Part shown: piece after piece, positions 1-10,074 of the stretch
Layout of the letters: the number at the start of each line of letters is the position of its first letter
Position numbering within the stretch: the stretch's first letter is position 1
Virus record (IMG/VR): IMGVR_UViG_3300029913_000012
Location: 8,322-72,321 of that record
Direction: 5' to 3' (one strand)
Length of the DNA stretch: 64,000 nucleotides
Origin: a virus
Lineage: Duplodnaviria > Caudoviricetes
Made by a program: the position numbers and the translations under genes
The notes under the pieces: model-generated
Told to the model about the DNA's origin: nothing
Seen by the model: the letters and a program-made list of their open reading frames with translations, nothing else
Databases searched by the model: none

Positions 1-634
1 AATATTCTAATATAAAATTAAAAAGAACTTGAGATATATTTGAATAACCATATTTTAAATTTCCGTTCTTTAATAATGAGTCTTGCCATTTATCTTGTCT
101 CTCAGTATATATTCTCTTACCTTCAATTTCTCCATATTTTTGAATACATATTTCTAATGTAAATGTAGTTTGTCTTTTTTTTAATTTTAATAACGCATCT
201 TCTTCAGAATATCCTTTATTAATCCAATAATCTAATCTAACTTCATATGTTTTTTTATCACAAACTTCTTTAATAAACAATTTTAAAGTTTTTTCTCTTT
301 TTTTCTCAGTTAATTTTGAATATTTAATAAAATTATTAGAAAATGGAGATCTCGACTTTCTCTGTTCTAATGTAGTATTCAATTTACTATTTGGATTTTT
401 ATCTCCTTTTATTTTTTCAGAAAACATAATTTTATATTTTTCTTCTTTCATATGTTTTCCACTATTTTTTGATGTATTTTTATTATCACTTTCAGTATAT
501 AATGGTTCTCCAGGAAACATTTTTTTATATTCTTCAGATGTTATATTATGAGATTTTAGATGCCTACCATATATTCTTTTTGATTTAAACCCACAAACTT
601 TACAAACTACAAATTCATCTTTTTCTTCTTTCAT
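1..634 (-). CDS. Putative free-standing homing endonuclease (partial, runs off window) directly downstream of the terminase N-half
   Basis: ORF missed by the track; ATG at 634 reads MKEEKDEFVVCKVCGFKSKRIYGRHLKSHNI... (C2H2-like finger), then YWINKGYSEEDA and CIQKYGEIEGKRIY helical repeats typical of phage Vsr/PD-(D/E)XK HEGs; open to base 1; TATATA element at about 645. Confidence 0.65.
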   Translation of the reverse strand, partial: MKEEKDEFVVCKVCGFKSKRIYGRHLKSHNITSEEYKKMFPGEPLYTESDNKNTSKNSGKHMKEEKYKIMFSEKIKGDKNPNSKLNTTLEQRKSRSPFSNNFIKYSKLTEKKREKTLKLFIKEVCDKKTYEVRLDYWINKGYSEEDALLKLKKRQTTFTLEICIQKYGEIEGKRIYTERQDKWQDSLLKNGNLKYGYSNISQVLFNFILEY

Positions 635-688
635 TTTTTATTTTTATATATAAATAAAACATGGTCGCTTTTAGACAAATAGGAAAAC

Positions 689-850
689 TTATGATAATAT
701 ACATATTATCTTATATAATAATATTTTAATTTTTTCAATCAGAGTTAATTTTCTTTCTTTTTTTAATTCATTATAATATAATATTCCAATTGGAATATTT
801 ATAATTTTTCCATTAAATTCAATATTAGTTAAAGTACTGAAAGTCAGACA
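689..850 (-). mobile_element. Atypically short split intein N-fragment (53 aa)
   Basis: Cys117 follows GK of Walker A; CLTFSTLTNIEFNGKIINIPIGILY has the C-x4-T...GKI..I..LY pattern of TerL split inteins; no block B or C-terminal HN before the stop. Confidence 0.8.
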
Positions 851-1198
851 CTTACCAGTTTGCCGGCTTGCCATTAGTATACTTCTTGGATTTTTTGTAT
901 AAAGGTCAATAATATCTTTTTGATAATCACGAAGAGTCATAGGACCAATTGATCCATCTTCTCTTTTTATTTGACAATAATGTTCAGCAAAATATTGAAC
1001 ATTTATTTTACATTTTATATATTCTTCAAATTCAAGTTCGGTCATAGCAAATGTTAAATTTGCTTTACGAATTCCTCTCATATTAGAGAACCAAAGTTTT
1101 TCGAATCTAGTTAAACGTTTACCTAAATTTTCTCTTGTTGTTATATCGTTAACAAGTTCAGTTGTTAATATAAAATCTTCGTTTTTTTGTTCAGCCAT
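689..1198 (-). CDS. terL: Terminase large subunit N-terminal fragment fused to split-intein N-half
   Basis: gp17-like YIKCK..YFAEHY, LRDYQ (adenine-binding) and Walker A ASRQTGK, immediately followed by CLTFSTL (intein block A) and a stop 53 aa later. Confidence 0.9.
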   Translation of the reverse strand: MAEQKNEDFILTTELVNDITTRENLGKRLTRFEKLWFSNMRGIRKANLTFAMTELEFEEYIKCKINVQYFAEHYCQIKREDGSIGPMTLRDYQKDIIDLYTKNPRSILMASRQTGKCLTFSTLTNIEFNGKIINIPIGILYYNELKKERKLTLIEKIKILLYKIICILS

Positions 1199-1213
1199 AA
1201 TTCATAATTTTTT

Positions 1214-1585
1214 TTATTCATAAATAAATTCTATATTATATCCTTTTATAATAAAATCTAGTCGTAAAATATCTTGTAGAGTACCTTCATATAGATACAG
1301 ATCGAAAGTATATCCTAATACTAATAATTCTGGTATATATGTTTGTATTTGTTCACCTATTATATTTTTCAGTGTACCTGTTGTAACGTTTGTTTGCCAT
1401 AGGTAATATTCTAAATTTGATCCCATATCTTCATCTCCTAATACATCTCCTTTTTTAGTATATAGAATCATTTCTAATTTTTGAACTATAACTTCAACAT
1501 CGTCGTCTTCTATAATTTTACCTGGAACGTATTTTGGATGACCAGGATATCTTATGACAAAATCTTTTACATCATTTAGAGCCAT
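1214..1585 (-). CDS. Baseplate gp25-like protein
   Basis: ILYTKKGDVLGDEDMGSNL...IQTYIPE matches the gp25/GPW pattern (L.T.KGE....DFG.....EP). Confidence 0.7.
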   Translation of the reverse strand: MALNDVKDFVIRYPGHPKYVPGKIIEDDDVEVIVQKLEMILYTKKGDVLGDEDMGSNLEYYLWQTNVTTGTLKNIIGEQIQTYIPELLVLGYTFDLYLYEGTLQDILRLDFIIKGYNIEFIYE

Positions 1586-1632
1586 TTTTAAACCTTATTT
1601 TTATTATATATATAAAAAAATATATATTACAA

Positions 1633-1914
1633 ATGGAAGAATCAAATTTCATATCTATAATAGATTATATAGGAAAAATAAATAATGGTGTGGCTGTATT
1701 ATTATCAATGAAAGTTGTTGATAAAATATATGAATTTGGCTATTGGTTTGATAAAGAAGATGAATATTTATTATCTTGTGATGATAAATTTTTAATAGAT
1801 TATAATCTTAATAATATATATGAATATAAAAATTATAAAAAATTAGCTTATTATATACACAATTTTGTATTGGATAATAAAGAAGAAATATTTAATGAAT
1901 TTTTATCTGATTAA
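1633..1914 (+). CDS. Hypothetical protein
   Basis: 93-aa ORF divergent from the gp25-like gene across a TATATA element. Confidence 0.6.
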   Translation: MEESNFISIIDYIGKINNGVAVLLSMKVVDKIYEFGYWFDKEDEYLLSCDDKFLIDYNLNNIYEYKNYKKLAYYIHNFVLDNKEEIFNEFLSD

Positions 1915-2202
1915 TTATAAATTAAATTTTAATGTATCTTTTATTGTTTCAAATTCTAATATTTCTTCTTTTGTTAAATTTCTTGTTATATCATTTTCAT
2001 CAATATACATTCCAAGTGAAGATGAATGATATCCGTCTTCATCAAAAAAATTTATCATATAATCCCATTCACCTTTTGATATATACTTATTAATCTTATA
2101 TATTTGGCAAAAATTATTAATATCAGGGTATCCAACGACATAAACATAATCGCCAACATCATACATTAGTGTCTTTTTTTCAAATGTTTTTATATATTTC
2201 AT
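1915..2202 (-). CDS. Small protein with CTS-like leader and KFNL C-terminus
   Basis: Starts MKYIKTFEK, has an SH3-like YDVGDYVYV core, ends EEILEFETIKDTLKFNL. Confidence 0.7.
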   Translation of the reverse strand: MKYIKTFEKKTLMYDVGDYVYVVGYPDINNFCQIYKINKYISKGEWDYMINFFDEDGYHSSSLGMYIDENDITRNLTKEEILEFETIKDTLKFNL

Positions 2203-2207
2203 AATAA

Positions 2208-4151
2208 TTATCTATATGTGACTCCTTTCCATATTATGTTAACAGTACTAAATCCTGACGTTGCGGTAGGATCTTCTCCAAAATATATACCATTTCTATT
2301 TATCCAACCGCCTCTTAATACTACTAATTCGTTATTTCCTATAATAATATCACCTAGAATTGGATCTAATCCAATTACTTTTGATGCATCATATTGTGCT
2401 GTGCTATTATATGAAACAACTGTACTACTTCCAACAGATGCTGATGAATTTGAATTACCAACTATTGAACTAGAATAATTTGGTGTTGTGGGTGTATTAC
2501 TACTGTTTGAACTTGTTGAATTTACATTATTTGTTGCTGTAGTTATATTTTGATATGCATTTGTAGACACATTTACAGAATTTGAATTTGATGTATATGT
2601 TGATTGTAATACACTTGTATTGGTTGATGATAATATAGATCCAGTTCTAATATAATCCTCATTATCTTTACTTATAAATTCTAAGTTTAAAGAATCTATA
2701 CCATCTATATCTTTTAATTCTGTAATCAAATTTGCTTTTACAATTTTATCATATCTACTATATGATGCAAAATATGTTGATATTGTATCAAGAACTTGCT
2801 CTCTTATATTATCTTCTGATGTATCATCATATCTTATAATAAAAATATTCACTATATATTTTTTTATTATTGGATTTATAATATTAATTATAGAAGATAT
2901 ACTAAGTATTCCCTCCATTTTAAGATAGCTTATTATTCTATTTTTTTGATCTTGATCAAGATAAAAATAATCAAATGGAATATTAAAATAGTTAATATTT
3001 GAAGAAAAGTAATCTGTTATTCTTGGTATTAAATATAAATACATTTGGTTTATATTAATATCATCTACTGTATTTGAATTTAGATCAATTTTAATTGTAT
3101 CTAATGTATTATAAGCATTTACTTTTGAAAACATATTTAATTTCATTAGATGATATATAAATTGATCAGGAGTAGCAAGAACAAAATTTCTTGATACATA
3201 AGGAATTATTGATCTTGTATATTCTATACTTTCACCATCACTTGCAAAAATTATATCTGTTTCTATATAAATATCAAACAAATTTCCAGCCTGTATAACA
3301 TTACCATCACTATCATATATATCATCAATAAAAGTAAAATCATTAATATTATTGTTTAATATATTACCAGATAATCCATTTGTAGTTAAATATTTAACAT
3401 CTATAACAGAGCCAATATCAGGAATACATCCATTATTTCCATTACCGAAATAAATATCTATTCCACCATTAAATCCAGTTCTTGTATAACAAGCATATTC
3501 ATCTTGTAGCATATCATATAAATGATCTCTTATTTGTAAAGTTATTCCATTTAGTGATATTTGAAAATCAAAATTATCAATTGTTGAATTATTACTAACA
3601 ACGACTTGAAACGATTGAGATAATGTACCATCTCCTGTGAATGTTTGGGTTTCATATTTTCCTTGAACCACATTAATAAAAAATTGGCATCCAGTTTTAA
3701 GAGTATAATAATTTCTATATGTTCCTGTTTTAATCGAATAATAAAGGCTGTTGGTATTATTTTTTAATTGAGTTTCATTATAAATTATAACTATTCCGCC
3801 TGATACCTGACTAACATCGACTCCTTGTTTAAGTTTAAATTTTAGAGTTCCTTTAGCTGATATTGCTCTTGATGGATTACAACCTGATATTCTTGCGATA
3901 TTTCTAATAGTTCTAATAGTAACAGCTTGATCTATATCTAATTGTCTAACTGCATTTTTTACATATAGTATATTTTGAATAAATATCTCTTTAACCATAG
4001 TTAAAATTTGTCCGTATGGCGATGCAGAATTATAAAGAATGCTAGATTTTTTATAAGTTGCACTTATCCAATTATTTAACTGATTTGTTAAATTTGCATA
4101 ATTCAATTCTATGCTATTGAATATTCTATTAAGTTTTGAAATTCTTGCCAC
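2208..4151 (-). CDS. Baseplate wedge protein gp6-like
   Basis: IARISGCNPSRAISAKG, QG....F..DG..SQSF, IYFGNG..G.IP, Y..T.G..GN, ESIE and DQF motifs of T4 gp6. Confidence 0.85.
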   Translation of the reverse strand: MARISKLNRIFNSIELNYANLTNQLNNWISATYKKSSILYNSASPYGQILTMVKEIFIQNILYVKNAVRQLDIDQAVTIRTIRNIARISGCNPSRAISAKGTLKFKLKQGVDVSQVSGGIVIIYNETQLKNNTNSLYYSIKTGTYRNYYTLKTGCQFFINVVQGKYETQTFTGDGTLSQSFQVVVSNNSTIDNFDFQISLNGITLQIRDHLYDMLQDEYACYTRTGFNGGIDIYFGNGNNGCIPDIGSVIDVKYLTTNGLSGNILNNNINDFTFIDDIYDSDGNVIQAGNLFDIYIETDIIFASDGESIEYTRSIIPYVSRNFVLATPDQFIYHLMKLNMFSKVNAYNTLDTIKIDLNSNTVDDININQMYLYLIPRITDYFSSNINYFNIPFDYFYLDQDQKNRIISYLKMEGILSISSIINIINPIIKKYIVNIFIIRYDDTSEDNIREQVLDTISTYFASYSRYDKIVKANLITELKDIDGIDSLNLEFISKDNEDYIRTGSILSSTNTSVLQSTYTSNSNSVNVSTNAYQNITTATNNVNSTSSNSSNTPTTPNYSSSIVGNSNSSASVGSSTVVSYNSTAQYDASKVIGLDPILGDIIIGNNELVVLRGGWINRNGIYFGEDPTATSGFSTVNIIWKGVTYR

Positions 4152-4172
4152 TCTTTTTATATTTTTTTTTAA

Positions 4173-4823
4173 TTATTTAATATATTTTTTTAAATTTTCT
4201 CCAATTGTTTCGACTAAATTTTTAAGATTATCTTCTTTATCTTCATATATTTTTTTAAATATTTCAAATTTAAAATTATATTCATCATCTACATTTTTTG
4301 TGATAGTTAAATCTACAATTTGATTATTACTTAATGATATTTCAAAATTAAAATATATAGATTTACAAGGCATTATAGATATTTTTTTATTATCAACATT
4401 AGTTACTGATATCTTAGAAATTTCATTATTATCAAACCACTTATTAATTAATGTCGCAGGTGATTTAATAAATTGTGATAAAATTTTAATATTTTCTCCA
4501 AATTTATTTTCTTTAAATATATTTTTTATTTTATTTTCAAAATCTTCTAAATCTGAAAATTCAATTCTAACATATTCACAATTAATATCATATAAATAAG
4601 TAAAATAATTTTTAGTTATTTTTGATTTTATATTATCAGTTGTAAATATTATTTTTGTATAAATGATATTAATATCATCATATAAAATTTTATTTATTGA
4701 TATTACTAATCTTAATTCTTCTGAATTTAAAATTTTCTCATAAATTGTATCTACCGATAATACTTTTGTAGTATCAAATACGTTTTTTATTTTATTAACT
4801 AAATCTTCTATTGATATATTCAT
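4173..4823 (-). CDS. Hypothetical protein in baseplate operon
   Basis: 216-aa ORF tightly packed between structural genes. Confidence 0.65.
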   Translation of the reverse strand: MNISIEDLVNKIKNVFDTTKVLSVDTIYEKILNSEELRLVISINKILYDDINIIYTKIIFTTDNIKSKITKNYFTYLYDINCEYVRIEFSDLEDFENKIKNIFKENKFGENIKILSQFIKSPATLINKWFDNNEISKISVTNVDNKKISIMPCKSIYFNFEISLSNNQIVDLTITKNVDDEYNFKFEIFKKIYEDKEDNLKNLVETIGENLKKYIK

Positions 4824-4826
4824 ATG

Positions 4827-7529
4827 TTAAATTATTTTATATGTTATGTTATATCTATCTGCAAATGTAGAAGTATTCGTTCCATCTACTCTAAGTATAG
4901 TAACTTGTAATCCTCTATAATAACTAACTCTTGGCTGTCCTATGGATATATATCCGCATACAGAAGATTGTAATAAGCTTATTGTTATATTTATACCAAC
5001 TTTATTCATTATTGTATATGCGCCACTATAATCTATTACATTACCAAATGTGTCTTTAAAATATAGATTTTGTACATATATAGTATTACCAGATTTAAAC
5101 ATATCTTCTGTTAATATTAATTCTACATATTCTCCTTCAACACATAATGTATTTCCTGTATATACATCAGTACAATTAACATATATATTTTCATTTAAAT
5201 AAAAACTATCATCAAATACAGATTTTTCTGGTGTTAAATTTACATATTTTCCAGTTACTATATCTTTTGGTAAATCTGTATAAAAAATATTTATTTCTGA
5301 TGATGTGTCATTATAATTAAACATCATATTAAAATATAATTTTTGAATATATTGAGCATATTTAGGCTCAATTAAAATATCCAATTTTTGTTTATTTTTA
5401 AGATCTTGATCTAACATAATAATAGCATTACCTCCTTTTGTGGATATATTATCATTTATAATATTTAATAACATATTACTAGTAAATGATGCTGAAATTG
5501 GATAAGATGCTCCTGTATTTGATAAGTTATAATTATAAACTTCTGATATACTAATATTTTCTATTTCATCATATTCAACAGTTATAACATTCATTTTTAA
5601 TTTAGGATATATTCCAGAATAATCAACTGATATCGCAGTTGAATCAGAATCAACAAATTGATTAGTTGAATATAATGTTAAAAGATTTTGCATGTTAGAC
5701 ATTTGACTTTTTAAAGCATCTATATCTGTTTGTGAATAAATTAAACTTTTTATTTCTTGTATATCCAAATTCATTCTAACAAATTGATTTATAATATTAA
5801 TAAAGTTTTCATTTACTTGATAAAATCGTTTCATCATTTCATTATACATATCAAATCCAAACATATTATAAATAGTTGTTGGATCATAAGTTAGCGGTTC
5901 AACATCATTATCTATATTGTAATTAATATTCAAATTAAACATATAAGATAATCCATCTTGAACTCCATTTGTAACTAATTTATTGTATGGTGTTATTTGT
6001 GTTGCGAAATTATCATCATCATTATCAGGATTATTTAAAAATTCAATACCATATAAATTAACATACGAGTTAATATTATTATTATTATCTTTTTCAACTA
6101 ATTCATAATACCATAATATTGCATTAAATTCAAAATCTTTAGGTGCTTGTCCTTGAATTGATAATGAACTAAATTCATCAAAATTTTTACACTCCAATCC
6201 AGCGATATTCATTTTATAATAATGAGTTCTATCTACATCAAGAAAAACTCCATCAATATCATTAGAATTAAAATCTGTTAATTTTTCAATATAATCATCA
6301 GCATTTAATCCTGTATTATTAGTTAAATTTATACCATAATAATCACCTTGATATCTCATATTATCTCCATCTGAGCATATATATGTATTATCGGCAGTAT
6401 CAAATTGTCCATAAAATGATCCAGGATAATCTTGAGGATTTGTTCTTATTATTGAATTTAAACTTTCAGCTCCAATAATTTCAGTCTGAATTTCATCTGA
6501 TAGTATTGGTATTTCCAAATTAGGATAATAATTTGTATTACTTCTTATTCCAAATAAAATAGTAGGAGTCTCTCCTCCTTGATTTGGAATATATGCAGTT
6601 ACTTCTTGACCAACTCTTGATGCAGTTTGTATATTAGTTATTTGATTAATTTCACCTACATATTCAATTAATTTATGATAATCTAAATCGAATACAGATC
6701 CTATAAGTGAAGTTTCACTTTGACCTTGAAAATTTGTATCTATCCATATATAAGTATTACCACTTGAAAATTCTATATATGCTATTTTATAAGAATAACC
6801 AAACGTTATTGCAGGTAAATTAGATATATCAGCAGAAATATTACTATTTAAAATAACTTTATCTCCAACTTTAAATTTTGCGGTTTGACCTGATATTGTG
6901 AATTTTGGAGTATGATAACCATCACTACCTTGATAATCATCTGTACTTTCTTCTACCCAAGTAGTGCTATAATCAATAATTTCTCTTTCTTTCCATAAAT
7001 ATTCACGAAAATAATCTGTATTATTAATAGTTGAATTATTAGTATTATCAAAATCAGTTAAATTTTTATCCCAATCGACTTTATGTACCGCTGGCTCAAA
7101 ATCTATCATATTTAATTTTCTGACCCATTTCCAGAAAATTTCTTCAGTTGGTGTATATCTTTCAGCAATATTATAAAAATCAGTATTTGTATTTATTCTA
7201 CTTTCATGTAAAACTGTATCATAATTCGCAACATAATTTCTCAAAGATTCAACTAATTGATCTGATAATAATGTAGGTTTTGATGTGTTTGGATCATCAC
7301 AATAAAAAGGTGCATCACCTGAATTTGATTTTGGTATAAATTCCATAACACCATCATTCATACTATTATTTGATAATGTTTGCTTAGGAATATTTAATAA
7401 TGCAAATTTTGTAAAATTTAAATTGTAATAATCATTATAATTTGCTAAATTTATATCTGAAGATGCAGAAGGAAATGCATAAAATGAAGTACCACGTGAT
7501 TTAAGACTCTTATATAATGGAGTTGACAT
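4827..7529 (-). CDS. Large putative virion structural (baseplate/tail) protein
   Basis: 900 aa, acidic and Asn/Thr-rich with a central coiled coil; co-oriented upstream of gp6; function inferred from context. Confidence 0.55.
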   Translation of the reverse strand: MSTPLYKSLKSRGTSFYAFPSASSDINLANYNDYYNLNFTKFALLNIPKQTLSNNSMNDGVMEFIPKSNSGDAPFYCDDPNTSKPTLLSDQLVESLRNYVANYDTVLHESRINTNTDFYNIAERYTPTEEIFWKWVRKLNMIDFEPAVHKVDWDKNLTDFDNTNNSTINNTDYFREYLWKEREIIDYSTTWVEESTDDYQGSDGYHTPKFTISGQTAKFKVGDKVILNSNISADISNLPAITFGYSYKIAYIEFSSGNTYIWIDTNFQGQSETSLIGSVFDLDYHKLIEYVGEINQITNIQTASRVGQEVTAYIPNQGGETPTILFGIRSNTNYYPNLEIPILSDEIQTEIIGAESLNSIIRTNPQDYPGSFYGQFDTADNTYICSDGDNMRYQGDYYGINLTNNTGLNADDYIEKLTDFNSNDIDGVFLDVDRTHYYKMNIAGLECKNFDEFSSLSIQGQAPKDFEFNAILWYYELVEKDNNNNINSYVNLYGIEFLNNPDNDDDNFATQITPYNKLVTNGVQDGLSYMFNLNINYNIDNDVEPLTYDPTTIYNMFGFDMYNEMMKRFYQVNENFINIINQFVRMNLDIQEIKSLIYSQTDIDALKSQMSNMQNLLTLYSTNQFVDSDSTAISVDYSGIYPKLKMNVITVEYDEIENISISEVYNYNLSNTGASYPISASFTSNMLLNIINDNISTKGGNAIIMLDQDLKNKQKLDILIEPKYAQYIQKLYFNMMFNYNDTSSEINIFYTDLPKDIVTGKYVNLTPEKSVFDDSFYLNENIYVNCTDVYTGNTLCVEGEYVELILTEDMFKSGNTIYVQNLYFKDTFGNVIDYSGAYTIMNKVGINITISLLQSSVCGYISIGQPRVSYYRGLQVTILRVDGTNTSTFADRYNITYKII

Positions 7530-7545
7530 ATTTTTTATTTTATTT

Positions 7546-8811
7546 TTATATATTAAATTTTAATATATCTGATAATTCATTATTTAATTTTTCTGAAATA
7601 TCTTCATCATATTTAATTCTAATTAATTTAATATTATTATTAGAACAAAAATTCGTTTTTATATTATCATTTATTTTTGTATTTTTTAATTTTTTATCTC
7701 CACCAAAATAATCAATAGATTCATAATGTTGAATTCCGTCATATTCTATACATATTTTGTGTGTAGGTAGATAAAAATCAAATGATAATTTTAATTTATT
7801 GATACATTTTTCGAATTTTTCTTGTCTTCTAAAAAATATATTATTTTTTATTAAATATTTAAAAATTATATTTTCTCCTTTACTCTCTTTACAATATGGA
7901 CATCCTCTTTTATTACAATTTATATGATCATTAGGTGTCAATTGAAATATACCATGTTTTGAACAAATTATTTTTACTTTATTAAAAACTCCAATATAAT
8001 CAACTAATGAATAATCATATTTATTTTCATGTAGTTTTTTAGCTTTTTTTATAAAAAATTCTGTATTTGATTTTTTTTTATCATCAGCGCATTTTTTACA
8101 ACCATTACCTCTAATGTGATATACTGGTTCTTGTTCGAATTCACCATGTACTGGACATATTATTTTAACTTCATTATATTTACTTACATAATCAACTAAT
8201 GAATAATCATATTTATTGTTATGTTTTATTTTAGATTTTTGTATAAAATTTTCTTGTTTATTGCACAAAGTACAACCAAAATCTAAATGTGCTTGAGGAA
8301 ATTGTTCAAATTCGCCATGTATTGGACATATTATTTTAACTTTAGTGTATGAGTTTGTATAATTAGTTAAACTATAATCATATTTATAATTGTGAATTTT
8401 TTTAGAGTTTTTTATAAAATCATTTTTTGTTATTCCGCATAATTGGCATCCACATCCTTCTAAATGAACATAAGGTAATTGTTCAAATTTACCATGAATT
8501 GGACATATTATTTTAACTTCATTATGAGATCCTTTATAGTCAACTAATGAATAATCATATTTATTTCCATGTATATCTTCGGATTTTTTAATAAATTTTT
8601 TAGTTGTTAATTTTAATGTACCTCCGCATATTTGACAACCATGTTTTTCATTTATGTGTTTATCAGGTTTCTGTTTAAATTCTCCGTGCTCAGGACAAAT
8701 AATTTTAACATCAGTTCTATTATTTTTATAATCAACTAATGAATAATCATATTTATAATTGTGCACAATATTTGATTTTTCAATAAATTCTTGTGTTGTC
8801 AACTTTTTCAT
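7546..8811 (-). CDS. Homing endonuclease-like protein, CPxHG zinc-finger repeats plus Vsr/DUF559-like nuclease
   Basis: Five YDYSLVDY...KIICPxHGxF.Q....H..G.GC..C repeats; C-terminal SKGE...FDFYLP...IEYDGIQH. Confidence 0.8.
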   Translation of the reverse strand: MKKLTTQEFIEKSNIVHNYKYDYSLVDYKNNRTDVKIICPEHGEFKQKPDKHINEKHGCQICGGTLKLTTKKFIKKSEDIHGNKYDYSLVDYKGSHNEVKIICPIHGKFEQLPYVHLEGCGCQLCGITKNDFIKNSKKIHNYKYDYSLTNYTNSYTKVKIICPIHGEFEQFPQAHLDFGCTLCNKQENFIQKSKIKHNNKYDYSLVDYVSKYNEVKIICPVHGEFEQEPVYHIRGNGCKKCADDKKKSNTEFFIKKAKKLHENKYDYSLVDYIGVFNKVKIICSKHGIFQLTPNDHINCNKRGCPYCKESKGENIIFKYLIKNNIFFRRQEKFEKCINKLKLSFDFYLPTHKICIEYDGIQHYESIDYFGGDKKLKNTKINDNIKTNFCSNNNIKLIRIKYDEDISEKLNNELSDILKFNI

Positions 8812-8846
8812 ATTATTATATATAAAAAAATCATCTTCATAAAAAT

Positions 8847-8883
8847 AAAAAAAGAGTAATAATTTAAATTATCACTCTTTTTT
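8847..8883. terminator. Rho-independent terminator-like hairpin
   Basis: AAAAAAAGAGTAATAATTT/AAATTATCACTCTTTTTT imperfect inverted repeat with T/A tails. Confidence 0.5.
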
Positions 8884-8884
8884 A

Positions 8885-9106
8885 CTAATTTTCTTGATAC
8901 CACATCCTTTTAGTTAATATCATTCTAATTATATTTATATCAATTTCATAATCATCACTAATTTCTTTTAAATTTAAATAATTTTTATTTTCATATTTTA
9001 ATTTGTCAATTTCTAACTCATTTTTTTCTAATAATTCTTCATATTTTTTAAACATCAACTTCAATTTTTTAGTATCAGTTTTTTCGTATTTTTCAATTGT
9101 TTTCAT
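8885..9106 (-). CDS. Hypothetical protein
   Basis: 73-aa ORF overlapping its upstream neighbour. Confidence 0.5.
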   Translation of the reverse strand: MKTIEKYEKTDTKKLKLMFKKYEELLEKNELEIDKLKYENKNYLNLKEISDDYEIDINIIRMILTKRMWYQEN

Positions 9107-9359
9107 ATTCAGAAATTTGTTTTAATTTATTTAATTTTTTTATTCTATCATATTTAAGTTTATTGTTAATTTGATCTAATTCATATTCTACTCGTGCTGC
9201 TGTAATATTTATATGATTCACCATATTATCTGAAATATATTTTACATAATCATCAGAATAATGAGGTTCTTCTAAATATTCTATAAAACCTTTAGAAGGA
9301 TCATCATCTATATAAACAGAATTTATTAGATTATCTTTTATATATTCTTCATATGTCAT
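9093..9359 (-). CDS. Hypothetical protein with RxxKL C-terminal tag
   Basis: Ends YDRIKKLNKLKQISEYENN. Confidence 0.55.
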   Translation of the reverse strand: MTYEEYIKDNLINSVYIDDDPSKGFIEYLEEPHYSDDYVKYISDNMVNHINITAARVEYELDQINNKLKYDRIKKLNKLKQISEYENN

Positions 9360-9379
9360 AATTTATAAACTGTTTATTT

Positions 9380-10012
9380 TTAATAATCTGCATTGCTATA
9401 ATGGGCAACCAAGTATTCTGGAACTATTTTCAATTTTTTAAATTTTAATCCCATACTTACTAATTTAAAAATAAATAACCAGTCGTGACCATAACCTTCT
9501 GACCAACAGTTATTTAACTCTTTTAAATTTTTATGACTTATTGAACTTGTTCCAATACTAGCCCAACGAGGCTCAACAATTCTCATTTGTAATTTTTTAA
9601 ATGTACTATCGAGTACTAGATAATCATTATAAAAAACAAAATCATAGTTATCTAAATCAAATTGTTCCACTATTTTTTGAATATGATTAGGTCCTAAAAT
9701 ATCATCTGAATCTAAATATGATATTATATCTCCATCTGCAAGTTGGAATGCGATATTTCTCATTTCACCTGAATATAATTGCTGTTTAGGAATTTGTATT
9801 AATTTTATATTTATATCAGAAGAAAAATACTTATTATATAGGTCAATAGTCAATTGACAGCCGTCAGATACTATAATCAATTCTATATTTTTATAAGTTT
9901 GTTTTTTAAAACTATTTACAGCACGTATAAATTTTTTATCTCTATTATAAGCTCCACCTGGATATGCAGATAAATATGATGCCATAATAACACTAACTTT
10001 AGGATTAGTCAT
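9380..10012 (-). CDS. Glycosyltransferase family 2
   Basis: KVSVIMASY, QTYKNIELIIVSDG, RNIA...ADGDIISYLDSDD (DxD). Confidence 0.9.
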   Translation of the reverse strand: MTNPKVSVIMASYLSAYPGGAYNRDKKFIRAVNSFKKQTYKNIELIIVSDGCQLTIDLYNKYFSSDINIKLIQIPKQQLYSGEMRNIAFQLADGDIISYLDSDDILGPNHIQKIVEQFDLDNYDFVFYNDYLVLDSTFKKLQMRIVEPRWASIGTSSISHKNLKELNNCWSEGYGHDWLFIFKLVSMGLKFKKLKIVPEYLVAHYSNADY

Positions 10013-10032
10013 AAATTAAATTATTTTTATTT

Positions 10033-10060
10033 AATATATTAAAAAATAATCAAATAGTTT
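10033..10060 (-). promoter_or_regulatory. AAAC-N18-TATATT promoter (class A)
   Basis: Same architecture with exact 18-nt spacer at nine intergenic sites in the window. Confidence 0.6.
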
Positions 10061-10074
10061 ATATTTTATTTTTA

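Noticed and set aside
689-760. ERKLTLIEKI in the intein tail as another RKxKL tag
   Set aside because: Lacks the conserved Lys at position 4; too weak to count
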